From an uncultured Anaerolineaceae bacterium (GTDB lineage Bacteria; Chloroflexota; Anaerolineae; Anaerolineales; E44-bin32): a stretch of 64,000 bases of DNA. The translations under genes and the position numbers were made by a program. Under the pieces are notes generated by a model. The model made no database searches, was not told the origin of the DNA, and saw only the letters and a list, made by a program, of their open reading frames with translations. The DNA is taken from the NCBI GenBank assembly GCA_964575425.1, contig CAZNRD010000001.1, positions 83,931 through 147,930 on the forward strand, in the 5' to 3' direction. Shown in pieces: positions 25,466 through 34,703 of this stretch (position 1 is the first letter of the stretch; every line of letters begins with the position of its first letter).

Positions 25466-25494
25466 GGAAAAGTAGAAGCCCGCCGACAGCGGGC
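25466..25494 (-). terminator. Rho-independent terminator between the two DUF4870 genes
   Basis: Minus strand reads GCCCGC-TGTCG-GCGGGC followed by TTCTACTTTTCC. Confidence 0.5.
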
Positions 25495-25521
25495 TCAAAC
25501 GAAAGGGCAGCCAGACAGGGC

Positions 25522-25863
25522 TCAGGCCCAGCCTTGCTTCTTGACGAAATCGGTGATCACGGGGATGGTAACATACTCTCCCTGGTAGGCTTTGTAGCCC
25601 CAGTAGGCGCCGATCGCCCAAATGATGAACGAGGGCGCGCCGAAGCAAACGATGAGGACCACACTTAGAACAGTCCCCAGGACCATGTTGACCACGCCCC
25701 ACGCGAGGGCCTGTGCATTGTGGGCCCGGATAAAGGGACGATTCTGCTTGTCCTCCATCAACAGGATGATGATCGGGACCAGCGGTGTGAAGACGTAGGC
25801 CAGCAGCGCCCACAGCTTGTCATCGCTGGTGATTTCGCCTGCGCCCTTCGGTTGCTCGCTCAT
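25522..25863 (-). CDS. DUF4870-type small membrane protein (paralogue)
   Basis: 113 aa: DKLWALLAYVFTPLVPIIILLMEDKQNRPFIRAHNAQAL. Confidence 0.7.
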   Translation of the reverse strand: MSEQPKGAGEITSDDKLWALLAYVFTPLVPIIILLMEDKQNRPFIRAHNAQALAWGVVNMVLGTVLSVVLIVCFGAPSFIIWAIGAYWGYKAYQGEYVTIPVITDFVKKQGWA

Positions 25864-25998
25864 AGTTCTCTCTCCTCTGTAGCCGTCTCAAGGTCGGTCC
25901 GGTGAGCCGAATTGTACTCGAACGCCCATCTGACGCAATCTGCCCTTTCTAACCCCGTGACAACCCTGTCGTCGCGCATTCCGGCCACAGACGAGCCG

Positions 25999-26007
25999 TG
26001 CTAGGAT
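25999..26007 (+). promoter_or_regulatory. Extended -10 box TGcTAGGAT 7 nt upstream of the fmt ATG (possible leaderless mRNA)
   Basis: CCGTGCTAGGATTCGGGTCATG, with the ATG at 26015. Confidence 0.35.
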
Positions 26008-26014
26008 TCGGGTC

Positions 26015-26968
26015 ATGCGCGTGGTGTTCATGGGGTCCCCTGAATTCGCCCTCCCCAGCCTCAGGGCACTGCTCCGGGCGTACCAGGTCGTGGGGGTCGT
26101 GACGCAGCCGGACAGGCCCGCCGGCCGCGGCCTGGCCCTCCGGCCTCCACCGGTCAAGCAAGCCGCCATCGACGCCGCGCTGCCAATTGTCCAGCCCCGC
26201 CGCCTGCGCGACCCAGAGGCGATGGCCATCCTGCAGGAGTGGGCCCCGGACCTGATCGTCGTCGCCGCCTTCGGCCAGATCCTGCGCCAGGAAGTGCTTA
26301 ACCTGCCTGAGCACGGGTGCCTGAATATCCACGCCTCGCTCCTGCCTCGATGGCGCGGCGCCGCCCCGGTCCAGGCGGCGATCCTCCACGGCGATGCTGA
26401 GACAGGTGTGACGCTCATGAAGATGGACGCCGGCCTCGACACCGGCCCTATCGTCGCTCAGCGCGCTCTTCCCATCCGAGAGGACGAGACCGGCGGCTCC
26501 TTGTCCCGGCGCCTCTCCGAGGCCGGCGCTGAGCTGCTCCTCGTGGCCCTGCCCGACTATCTCGCCGGCCGCCTGCCGCCTCGGCCCCAACAGGAACAAC
26601 TGGCGACGTACGCGCCTCTGCTGCGCAAGGCCGACGGCGCCCTCGACTTCCGCCGAAGCGCAGCGCAACTTGAGCGCCAGGTCCGCGCATTCGACCCTTG
26701 GCCCGGCTCCTTCTTCCTGTGGCAGGGCCGCCGCATCAACGTCCTGGGGGCTCGCGCCGAAAGGGGCGCAGCGCCCGAGCCGGGCACCGTCGTCGAACGC
26801 GACGATAGGCCAGCGATAGCGACAGCCGAGGGTTTCCTTGTGCTCCAAGTCATCCAGCCTGAGGGTCGCGGCCCCATGTCTGCCGCCGACTTCATGCGGG
26901 GCGCGCGCCGGTTCGTAGGCGCCAACCTTTTCGCAGCGGCTCAATCTTCACACCCCAACCCGGAGTGA
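26015..26968 (+). CDS. fmt: Methionyl-tRNA formyltransferase
   Basis: MRVVFMGSPEFALPSL..., NIHASLLPRWRGAAPVQ. Confidence 0.9.
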   Translation: MRVVFMGSPEFALPSLRALLRAYQVVGVVTQPDRPAGRGLALRPPPVKQAAIDAALPIVQPRRLRDPEAMAILQEWAPDLIVVAAFGQILRQEVLNLPEHGCLNIHASLLPRWRGAAPVQAAILHGDAETGVTLMKMDAGLDTGPIVAQRALPIREDETGGSLSRRLSEAGAELLLVALPDYLAGRLPPRPQQEQLATYAPLLRKADGALDFRRSAAQLERQVRAFDPWPGSFFLWQGRRINVLGARAERGAAPEPGTVVERDDRPAIATAEGFLVLQVIQPEGRGPMSAADFMRGARRFVGANLFAAAQSSHPNPE

Positions 26969-26974
26969 CATCCC

Positions 26975-28474
26975 ATGGCCGACTTCATCCTCTCCCTCGA
27001 TCAAGGCACCACCTCCTCCCGGGCCATCGTCTTCGACGCCCAGGGCCAGGTCGTCGCCACCGCCCAGCAGGAATTCCCTCAAATCTACCCGCAGCCCGGC
27101 TGGGTGGAGCACGACCCGGAAGCCGTCTGGAGCACGCAGCTCGAGACGGCGCGCGCCGCGCTGAGCAAGTCCGGTCTCCAGCCACGCGACTTGGCAGCCA
27201 TCGGTGTCACCAATCAGCGCGAGACCACCGTCCTGTGGGACCGAAAGACCGGAAAACCGGTCCACAACGCCATCGTCTGGCAATGCCGGCGCACTGCCCC
27301 GCAGTGCGACCGCCTGCGGGCCGAAGGCTTCGACCAGGTCATCCGCGCCAAGACCGGCCTGGTGACGGATGCCTACTTCTCCGGGACGAAGGTCGCCTGG
27401 CTCCTGGAGAATGTGCCCGACGCCCGCGCGCGGGCCGAGCGCGGCGATCTGGCTTTCGGTACCATCGACACCTTCCTCCTCTGGCGCCTGTCGGGCGGTG
27501 AACTCCATATCACCGATCTCTCCAATGCCTCGCGAACGCTCCTCTTCAATATCCACACTCTGCAGTGGGACACGGAGATCCTCGGGCATCTGAACATTCC
27601 GGCGTCGATCCTGCCCCAGGTTCGTCCCTCCTCGGCGGTGTACGGCGCGACCGCGCCCGGTGTCCTCGGCGCGTCCGTGCCGCTGGCCGCTGACGCTGGC
27701 GATCAGCAAGCCGCCACATTCGGCCAGGCCTGCTTCGCCTCCGGCATGGCCAAAAACACCTACGGCACCGGCTGTTTCCTGTTGCTCAACACAGGCAAGC
27801 TGGCCGTCGATTCCGCCTCCGGCCTGCTCACCACGATCGGCTGGGGTCTCTCCGAGTCCGACCACGCCGTCTACTGCCTCGAGGGCAGCGTCTTCATCGC
27901 CGGCGCAGCGGTCCAATGGCTGCGCGACGGACTGGGGTTGATCCGCGAGAGCCGCGAGGTCGAGGACCTCGCCCAGTCCGTGAGTGACAACGGCGGGGTG
28001 TACCTCGTCCCAGCCTTCGTTGGGCTCGGGGCGCCCTACTGGGATTCCTACGCCCGTGGGACCATCCTAGGCCTGACGCGCGGCGCAACGGCCGGTCACC
28101 TCGCTCGCGCTACGCTCGAGGCCATCGCCTACCAGTCGAGAGATGTGCTTGAGGCCATGCGCCAAGACGCGTCCATTGAGCTGCAAGCGCTGCGCGTCGA
28201 TGGCGGCGCCGCCCGCAACAACCTGCTCATGCAGTTCCAGGCCGACATCCTTGGCGTGCCGGTGCAGCGACCTTTGGTGAGCGAGACAACCGCGCTGGGG
28301 GCCGCCTATCTGGCCGGCCTCGCCGTAGGCGTGTGGAAATCCACCACAGATATTGCGCGCCTGTGGCGTCTCGAGGCAGAATACCTGCCCCGGATGGGCG
28401 ACGACCAGCGGCAGGCGCTCTACGCAAGCTGGAAACGCGCCGTCGAGCGGGCCGGAGGCTGGGCAACCAGCTGA
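26975..28474 (+). CDS. glpK: Glycerol kinase
   Basis: 499 aa: [33 protein letters not shown]. Full length. Confidence 0.95.
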   Translation: MADFILSLDQGTTSSRAIVFDAQGQVVATAQQEFPQIYPQPGWVEHDPEAVWSTQLETARAALSKSGLQPRDLAAIGVTNQRETTVLWDRKTGKPVHNAIVWQCRRTAPQCDRLRAEGFDQVIRAKTGLVTDAYFSGTKVAWLLENVPDARARAERGDLAFGTIDTFLLWRLSGGELHITDLSNASRTLLFNIHTLQWDTEILGHLNIPASILPQVRPSSAVYGATAPGVLGASVPLAADAGDQQAATFGQACFASGMAKNTYGTGCFLLLNTGKLAVDSASGLLTTIGWGLSESDHAVYCLEGSVFIAGAAVQWLRDGLGLIRESREVEDLAQSVSDNGGVYLVPAFVGLGAPYWDSYARGTILGLTRGATAGHLARATLEAIAYQSRDVLEAMRQDASIELQALRVDGGAARNNLLMQFQADILGVPVQRPLVSETTALGAAYLAGLAVGVWKSTTDIARLWRLEAEYLPRMGDDQRQALYASWKRAVERAGGWATS

Positions 28475-28509
28475 CGTCTGCACCACGCTGGCCGCAAGGA
28501 GGGACCTCC

Positions 28510-28983
28510 ATGGACTTTCAGATCGTACGCACGCTCCACCCTCCTGAAGAATACATTCGCCAAATCTCCGAGCTCAACCGCCGCCTCGGCTTCCCGACCA
28601 CCCCCGCCGACACGCGCCGCCGCCTTGGCGCGCTTCCGCGCGAGGACAGGCTGTTGCTGGCGTTGGCGGGAGATGCTCTTATTGGCTATGCGCATATTCG
28701 CATCGTGCGCGACCTGTTCTCCGAGGAATCCGCCGAGGTCGTCGCCATCGCCGTCGACCCCGCCTTCCGCCGCCAGGGCGTCGGCCGCCGCCTGGTCACC
28801 GCCGCCGAAATCTGGGCGCGCGAGTCCGGCCGCTCCCGCCTCATCCTGCGCACCAACGTCGTCGTCACCGAAGCCCACGCCTTCTTCGTCGCCCTCGGCT
28901 ACGAACAGCTCGAAACCTCCCTTGTCTTCGTCCGAGACCTCGAAAGCGAGCGCAAAGCCGAAGCCCCCACTCAGCCCTTTTGA
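28510..28983 (+). CDS. GNAT family N-acetyltransferase
   Basis: 157 aa from the ATG at 28510, which has an AGGAGGGA ribosome-binding site. Acetyl-CoA motif IAVDPAFRRQGVGRRLV. Confidence 0.8.
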   Translation: MDFQIVRTLHPPEEYIRQISELNRRLGFPTTPADTRRRLGALPREDRLLLALAGDALIGYAHIRIVRDLFSEESAEVVAIAVDPAFRRQGVGRRLVTAAEIWARESGRSRLILRTNVVVTEAHAFFVALGYEQLETSLVFVRDLESERKAEAPTQPF

Positions 28984-29029
28984 GAGCACTCTTGGACACC
29001 CCACCTTTCTGTGGCACAATGACTCCGCC

Positions 29030-30601
29030 GTGACCGCCCTCGCGACACAACTCCTCGTAATCGGCGGCGGAGCCACCGGCCTCGGCGTCGCCTGGGACGC
29101 CTGCCTGCGCGGCCTCAAAGTCGTCGTCATCGAACAAGGGGATCTCGGCCAGGGTACCTCCGGCCGCTACCACGGGCTCCTCCATTCCGGCGGCCGCTAT
29201 GTCATCTCCGACCCGCCCTCAGCCCAAGACTGCGCCCGCGAGAACGTCATCCTGCGGCGCATCGCCCCACACACCATCGAGGACACCGGCGGCCTCTTCA
29301 TCGCCTCTCCTACCGATCCCCCCGACTTCCCCGACCGCTGGTTTGCGGCTTGCCAGCACACAGGCGTCCCAGCCGAGCCGCTCGAGCCGGCGGACGTCCT
29401 GCGGCGCGAACCCCTGCTCGATCCCAAGATGGCGCGGGCCTGCGCCGTCCATGATGCATCCATGGACTCGTTCGACCTGCTGCATTCCCTCAGCAACGCC
29501 ATCCGCGCCGCTGGGGGTCAGGTCTGGCTCCGGCATCGCCTGCAGCGCTTTCTCGTAAACAAGGGCAGCGTCGAAGGCGCGGTCATCGTCTCCACGACGA
29601 ACGGCAAGGAGTTGACCCTCGGCGTCGACATCGTCGTGAACGCAGCCGGCCCTTGGTCGCGCCAGGTCGCTGCGATGGCCGGACTCGACCTGCCCATCGC
29701 ACTCAGCAAGGGCACCATGGTCGCCCTGGCCGAACGCGTGGTCCACACGGTCGTCAACCGCTTGAAACCTCCCTCAGACGGCGACATCATCGTCCCTGTC
29801 GGCACCGTCGCCGTCTTGGGCACCACGGACGTGCCGCTCGCCGACCCCACGGACCTCACCATCGAGCCGTGGGAGGTGGACCTGCTGCTGGCCGAAGGTG
29901 AGGTCCTGATCCCCGGGCTGTCCTCGCGCCGCCTGCTTCGCGCGTGGGCCGGTGTCCGCCCGCTCTACCGTCCCCCAGCTGCCGCGCCCGACCAGCCCCG
30001 CGCCCTGCCACGCGCTCATACCATCCTCGACCACGCGGAACGCGATGGCATCGAGGGACTGGTGAGCGTCGTCGGCGGCAAGCTGACAACTTTCCGCTTG
30101 ATGGCACAGCAGGCCGTAGACGTGGTATGCCAGCGCCTCGGCATCGCAGCGCCCTGTCGAACGGCCGACACGCCCCTCGAACCGGAAGCCGGTGGGCACT
30201 ACGTCCTCCCCGCCCGATGGCGCCGAGCGGATGCCCCATCAGCCCAGCCCACACCTCCCGAGGTCTACTGCGAATGCGAGATGGTCACCCGGCGGGACCT
30301 GGAGACGGCGTTGCAGTCTGCAGACGTCACCGAGCTGGACGACATCCGCCGCGACCTGCGTCTGGGCATGGGTCCGTGTCAGGCCGGCTTCTGCGGTTAC
30401 CGCGCTGCCGCCCTCGCTTCCTCCTTCGGCAAGATCGGCTCGCCCACGAGGTGGCTGGCGGACTTCGCCCGCGAGCGCTGGCGGGGGGTGCGTCCGGTCG
30501 CGTGGGGCCAGTCCCTGCGACAGCTCGAACTGGATCGTCGGCTCTACCTCGAACTCCTCGGGCTTCGGCCCGAAGCTGAGGGACCGTGGACGACCTCGTG
30601 A
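29030..30601 (+). CDS. glpA: Anaerobic glycerol-3-phosphate dehydrogenase subunit A
   Basis: The GTG at 29030 gives MTALATQLLVIGGGATGLGVAWD (FAD Rossmann fold). C-terminal BFD-like 2Fe-2S motif (CECEMVT...GPCQAGFC). Confidence 0.85.
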   Translation: MTALATQLLVIGGGATGLGVAWDACLRGLKVVVIEQGDLGQGTSGRYHGLLHSGGRYVISDPPSAQDCARENVILRRIAPHTIEDTGGLFIASPTDPPDFPDRWFAACQHTGVPAEPLEPADVLRREPLLDPKMARACAVHDASMDSFDLLHSLSNAIRAAGGQVWLRHRLQRFLVNKGSVEGAVIVSTTNGKELTLGVDIVVNAAGPWSRQVAAMAGLDLPIALSKGTMVALAERVVHTVVNRLKPPSDGDIIVPVGTVAVLGTTDVPLADPTDLTIEPWEVDLLLAEGEVLIPGLSSRRLLRAWAGVRPLYRPPAAAPDQPRALPRAHTILDHAERDGIEGLVSVVGGKLTTFRLMAQQAVDVVCQRLGIAAPCRTADTPLEPEAGGHYVLPARWRRADAPSAQPTPPEVYCECEMVTRRDLETALQSADVTELDDIRRDLRLGMGPCQAGFCGYRAAALASSFGKIGSPTRWLADFARERWRGVRPVAWGQSLRQLELDRRLYLELLGLRPEAEGPWTTS

Positions 30602-31812
30602 TTGTCGGCTCCGGCCTGACAGGATTGTTTGCGGCCTCGCTCGCTGCTCGGCGCGGCGCGCGTGTGGCCGTCATCTGCGATGGGCGCGGGGGCCTTGAGA
30701 CCTCTCACGGCTGCATCGACCTCCTCGGCGGTACTCCCTTGCGGCAGGGACTGCGGCGCCTGCCCCGTTCCCATCCCTACACTCTCGTCGGACGCGAGAC
30801 GATTGAGACCGCCCTCAAGACCCTGAAAGAGATCGCTCAGGCGAACGAGCTGGAGTACCTGGGAGGCCCGGACGCCGTCCTGCGGCTCCCCACGGCCCTG
30901 GGCGCCCTTCATCCCACTGCCCTGGCCCCCCGCTCCATGGCGGCTGGCGACGCCTCAAGCAGCGAATCCTACACCATCGCCGGCTTCCAGGCTTTCCGCG
31001 ACTTCCACGCGCACGCGGTCAGCAGCCAACTGCAGGCCTCGGGACTGACCGTCGGGCCTGCCCTCGAACTTGCCCTCCTCGACGCACCCCAGCATCGCGA
31101 CGCATACGCCACCGACCTGGCACGCCTGTTCGACGACCCCCGCCGCCGCGCCGACCTGGCCCGTGCCTGGAAACCGCGCATGAAGGGCGTCATCCGTCTG
31201 GGTCTGCCTGCCGTCCTCGGCTTTGATCACCCCCAGCAAGCGCTTCTCGACCTGGAGGAGCGTCTGGGAGTGCGCTTGTTTGAGATTCCAACCTTGCCGC
31301 CGTCTGTGCCCGGCCTGCGGCTTGAGCGGCTGCTGCGAAGGACGGCACTGGCGGCAGGTTGCAGCCTCATCGAAGGCTCCCGGGCGGTAGGGCGCGTGGA
31401 TGGTCGCGCCGGCGGCCGACGCGTGAGCGGTGTGGTCGCTTTCTCAGCGGGTGGTCCGCGCCTGTGTGCAGCCAGGGCGGTCCTCCTGGCGACCGGCGGC
31501 TTCCTTCACGGCGGCCTGGTGGCGCGCCAGAACGGCCTCATCCAGGAGTCGGTCTTCGACCTCCCCGTGGCCGCCGACAGCAAGCGGGCTTCCTGGGTGG
31601 CAGAGTCGCCGTTCGACCCGCAGCCCTATGCGCAGTTCGGCCTGCGGGTGGACCCACAGATGCGGCCTCTGGATGTCCACGGCGAGCCGGTGTACGAGAA
31701 CTTGTTCGCGGCTGGCGGCCTGCTTGCCGGTGTGGATCGCAGCCGCGAGGGCTCCCGTCAGGGGATCGACTTGGCGACGGCGCATCGCGCAGTGGAGATG
31801 GCGCTGGCATGA
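30586..31812 (+). CDS. glpB: Anaerobic glycerol-3-phosphate dehydrogenase subunit B
   Basis: GTG start preceded by GAGGGA. N-terminus VIVGSGLTGLFAA. 16-nt overlap with glpA. Confidence 0.8.
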   Translation: MDDLVIVGSGLTGLFAASLAARRGARVAVICDGRGGLETSHGCIDLLGGTPLRQGLRRLPRSHPYTLVGRETIETALKTLKEIAQANELEYLGGPDAVLRLPTALGALHPTALAPRSMAAGDASSSESYTIAGFQAFRDFHAHAVSSQLQASGLTVGPALELALLDAPQHRDAYATDLARLFDDPRRRADLARAWKPRMKGVIRLGLPAVLGFDHPQQALLDLEERLGVRLFEIPTLPPSVPGLRLERLLRRTALAAGCSLIEGSRAVGRVDGRAGGRRVSGVVAFSAGGPRLCAARAVLLATGGFLHGGLVARQNGLIQESVFDLPVAADSKRASWVAESPFDPQPYAQFGLRVDPQMRPLDVHGEPVYENLFAAGGLLAGVDRSREGSRQGIDLATAHRAVEMALA

Positions 31813-33035
31813 ATCCCCCCGCCCTCACCGCTGACCTATGCCTCAAGTGCAACATCTGCACGGCGGCCTGTCCGGTGGCGGCGGTGACCGATCTCTTCCC
31901 GGGGCCCAAGGCCGTTGGGCCCCAGGCCGAGCGCTTCCGACATCCGCGGCTCCCCCTGCCCGATCACAGCGTGACCTGGTGCTCGGGCTGCGGGACATGC
32001 TCGCGCGTCTGTCCGCATGGTGTCGCCGTCGCGGAAATCAACATCCAGGCGAAGGCCCGCCTGGTCGATGAAGGCCGTGCGCCGCTGCGGGACCGGATCA
32101 TTTCCCGAACCGACCTGCTGGGCACGCTCGCCACGCCGGTTGCTCCACTGGCCAACCTCGCCCTGCGCCTCGCTCCCGTGCGGTGGGCGATGGAGGCCAC
32201 GCTCGGCATCAGCCGACATGCCCCGATGCCAGCCTTCGTCGGACGGACGTTCCGTAGCCGCGTCCGGGAGCGGTGTGTGGACCGGCCCCCACCCCCCGAG
32301 GCGCGCGCTGGCCAAGCGGTCGCCTTGTTCCACGGCTGCGGAACGAACTACTACGAGCCCGAGCTGGGCGAGCTGGCAATAGCCATCCTGGAGCTGCTCG
32401 GTTGTCAGGTCATCGTCCCGCCCCAGGTGTGCTGTGGGCTTCCGCTCCAGTCCAACGGCCTGTTCGAGGCGGCGCGGGGCCACGCGCGCAGCAACATCGT
32501 TTCGCTGCTCCCCTTCGCCAGAGAGGGAATCCCGATCGTCGGCACTTCGACCTCCTGCACGCTCTCGCTCAAACACGACTCCCGTGCCATCCTCGGCCTG
32601 GGCGGCGACGATGTCGAGACCGTCGCCGAAAACACGTTCGATTTCTTCGAGTTCCTCACGACTTGCCTGCGCGAACCCTTCGGCCGCCTGGCCCTCGCCC
32701 CGGTCCAGGCGCGTGCCCTGTATCACGCCCCGTGCCAGTTGAAGGCCCATGGCATAGGCGCTCCTGCACTTCATGTGCTGCGTCGGATTCCCCAGCTCGA
32801 TCTCGCGTTCTCAGAGTCGGAGTGCTGCGGCGTGGCCGGCACCTACGGGATGAAGCGAGAGAAGTACGAGGTGGCGCGAAGGGTTGGCGAGGGGCTCTTC
32901 CGCCAGGCTGAGAAGGCCCAAGCCGAGTTCGTCATCAGCGACTCCGAGACCTGTCGTTGGTGGATCACGGGCCACACCGGGCTGCCGGTCTACCATCCTG
33001 CACAGGTGCTCGGCCGCGCCCTTGGACTGGCCTAG
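31809..33035 (+). CDS. glpC: Anaerobic glycerol-3-phosphate dehydrogenase subunit C (Fe-S/CCG)
   Basis: ATGA overlap with glpB. CLKCNICTAACP and CSGCGTCSRVCP ferredoxin motifs. Two CCG motifs (CCGLPL, CCGVAGTYG). Confidence 0.85.
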   Translation: MNPPALTADLCLKCNICTAACPVAAVTDLFPGPKAVGPQAERFRHPRLPLPDHSVTWCSGCGTCSRVCPHGVAVAEINIQAKARLVDEGRAPLRDRIISRTDLLGTLATPVAPLANLALRLAPVRWAMEATLGISRHAPMPAFVGRTFRSRVRERCVDRPPPPEARAGQAVALFHGCGTNYYEPELGELAIAILELLGCQVIVPPQVCCGLPLQSNGLFEAARGHARSNIVSLLPFAREGIPIVGTSTSCTLSLKHDSRAILGLGGDDVETVAENTFDFFEFLTTCLREPFGRLALAPVQARALYHAPCQLKAHGIGAPALHVLRRIPQLDLAFSESECCGVAGTYGMKREKYEVARRVGEGLFRQAEKAQAEFVISDSETCRWWITGHTGLPVYHPAQVLGRALGLA

Positions 33036-33082
33036 GCCACAGATCGCCGTGCAACCAGGATACTCCATCTGAGGCTGGCAGG

Positions 33083-34681
33083 ATGGGAAGAGCGGCCAGG
33101 TATCTTCTGTTCGGCGGCCCGATCCTCACCCTCGATCCTTCCAATCCATCGGCAGAGGCCCTGGCGATTGGGCACGGCGAGGTCCTTGCCGTTGGAGGGC
33201 GGCAGGAGGTTGAGCAGTGGTCGGGGCCGGCCACGGAGGCCATCGATCTCCGAGGCAGCACTGTTCTCCCGGGCCTGATCGACGCCCACCTGCATCTCAG
33301 CCAGCTCGCCGCCTCGCTCGATTGGGTAGACTGCGCCACGCCCACAAAGGTCGAATGCCTCGAGCGGGTGCGCGAGCGGGCCGCCTCGACGCCATCCGGC
33401 GAATGGATTCTCGGCCATGGCTGGAACCAGAACGACTGGGAGGGCTTCGGAACAGCCGCTGAGTTGGATGCCGCAGCCCCCAATCATCCGGTCTACCTGA
33501 GCGCCAGGTCCCTCCACGCTGCATGGGCCAACTCGCGAGCGCTCACGTGCGCGCGGATCCGTGCGGAGACCCCCGACCCGGCAGGTGGGCGGATCGGCCG
33601 CTACGCAGATGGTACGCCGAATGGCATCCTGTTTGAATCTGCCATGCGCCTGGTCACAGCGGTCGTACCACCCTCCGACATCGAGTGCCTAAGCACGCAG
33701 CTGCTGCGCGCTCAGGACGATCTGCTGCGGCTCGGTCTCACAGCCGTTCACGACTTCGATGGTCCCGACCTTCTGCGCGCAGTGCAGCTTCTGCGAGAAC
33801 GGGGCCAGCTCCGGCTGCGCGTCGTCAAGCACATCCCGGTCGACTACCTGCCAGCCTGCCTGGAGCTCGGCCTGCGCACCGGTTTCGGCGATCCGTGGCT
33901 GCGCATCGGCAACGTCAAGGCCTTCGCCGACGGCGCCTTAGGGCCCCGCACGGCAGCGATGCTCGACCCCTACAACGGAGAGCCCGACAATCTAGGCCTG
34001 CTGTTGATCGAGCGCGAGGCCCTCGTCGAGCTCGGCCAGCGCGCCGTGGCCGCCGGGCTCGCCCTTGCCATCCACGCCATCGGGGACCGGGCCAACCGGG
34101 TAGTGCTCGATGCACTCGAGGACCTTCGGAGGTGGGAGCGTGATCACGGCCTCGAGCAGCCACGCCACAGAATCGAGCACCTGCAACTCCTCCACCCGGA
34201 CGACATCGCCCGCGTCGGGCAGCTGCAGGTCGTCGCTTCGATGCAGCCGATCCATGCCATCTCAGATCGAATTGTGGCCGAGCGCTACTGGCGCAGCCGC
34301 GTCCGGACTGCATACGCGTGGCGCAGCCTCAGCCAGACGGGCGCAATTCTCGCCTTCGGCTCCGACGCCCCGGTGGAGAGCCCCAACCCATTCTGGGGCC
34401 TCCACGCCGCCGTCACCCGCCAGACCCGAGATGAGCCGACTTCCGCTGAGGCCTGGGTTCCCGAACAGACCCTTGACGTAATGCAGGCTCTTATTGGCTA
34501 TACGCAAGGACCGGCCTGGGCAGCAGGCTCTCAGGCGCACCAGGGTCGCCTGTCCCCTGGGTCCTGGGCCGACCTCATCGTCCTGCCCGACAACCCTTTC
34601 CTCCTCCACCCTGCCGAACTACCACTCCTGCTACCGCAGGCAACGATGGTCGGGGGCGAGTGGGCCTTCCGGTCCTTCTGA
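33083..34681 (+). CDS. Amidohydrolase family (YtcJ-like metal-dependent hydrolase)
   Basis: 532 aa: LPGLIDAHLHL, AIHAIGDRA, RIEHLQL, GSDAPVE. Confidence 0.8.
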   Translation: MGRAARYLLFGGPILTLDPSNPSAEALAIGHGEVLAVGGRQEVEQWSGPATEAIDLRGSTVLPGLIDAHLHLSQLAASLDWVDCATPTKVECLERVRERAASTPSGEWILGHGWNQNDWEGFGTAAELDAAAPNHPVYLSARSLHAAWANSRALTCARIRAETPDPAGGRIGRYADGTPNGILFESAMRLVTAVVPPSDIECLSTQLLRAQDDLLRLGLTAVHDFDGPDLLRAVQLLRERGQLRLRVVKHIPVDYLPACLELGLRTGFGDPWLRIGNVKAFADGALGPRTAAMLDPYNGEPDNLGLLLIEREALVELGQRAVAAGLALAIHAIGDRANRVVLDALEDLRRWERDHGLEQPRHRIEHLQLLHPDDIARVGQLQVVASMQPIHAISDRIVAERYWRSRVRTAYAWRSLSQTGAILAFGSDAPVESPNPFWGLHAAVTRQTRDEPTSAEAWVPEQTLDVMQALIGYTQGPAWAAGSQAHQGRLSPGSWADLIVLPDNPFLLHPAELPLLLPQATMVGGEWAFRSF

Positions 34682-34703
34682 ACGACGGCACGAGCTCCTG
34701 GGA

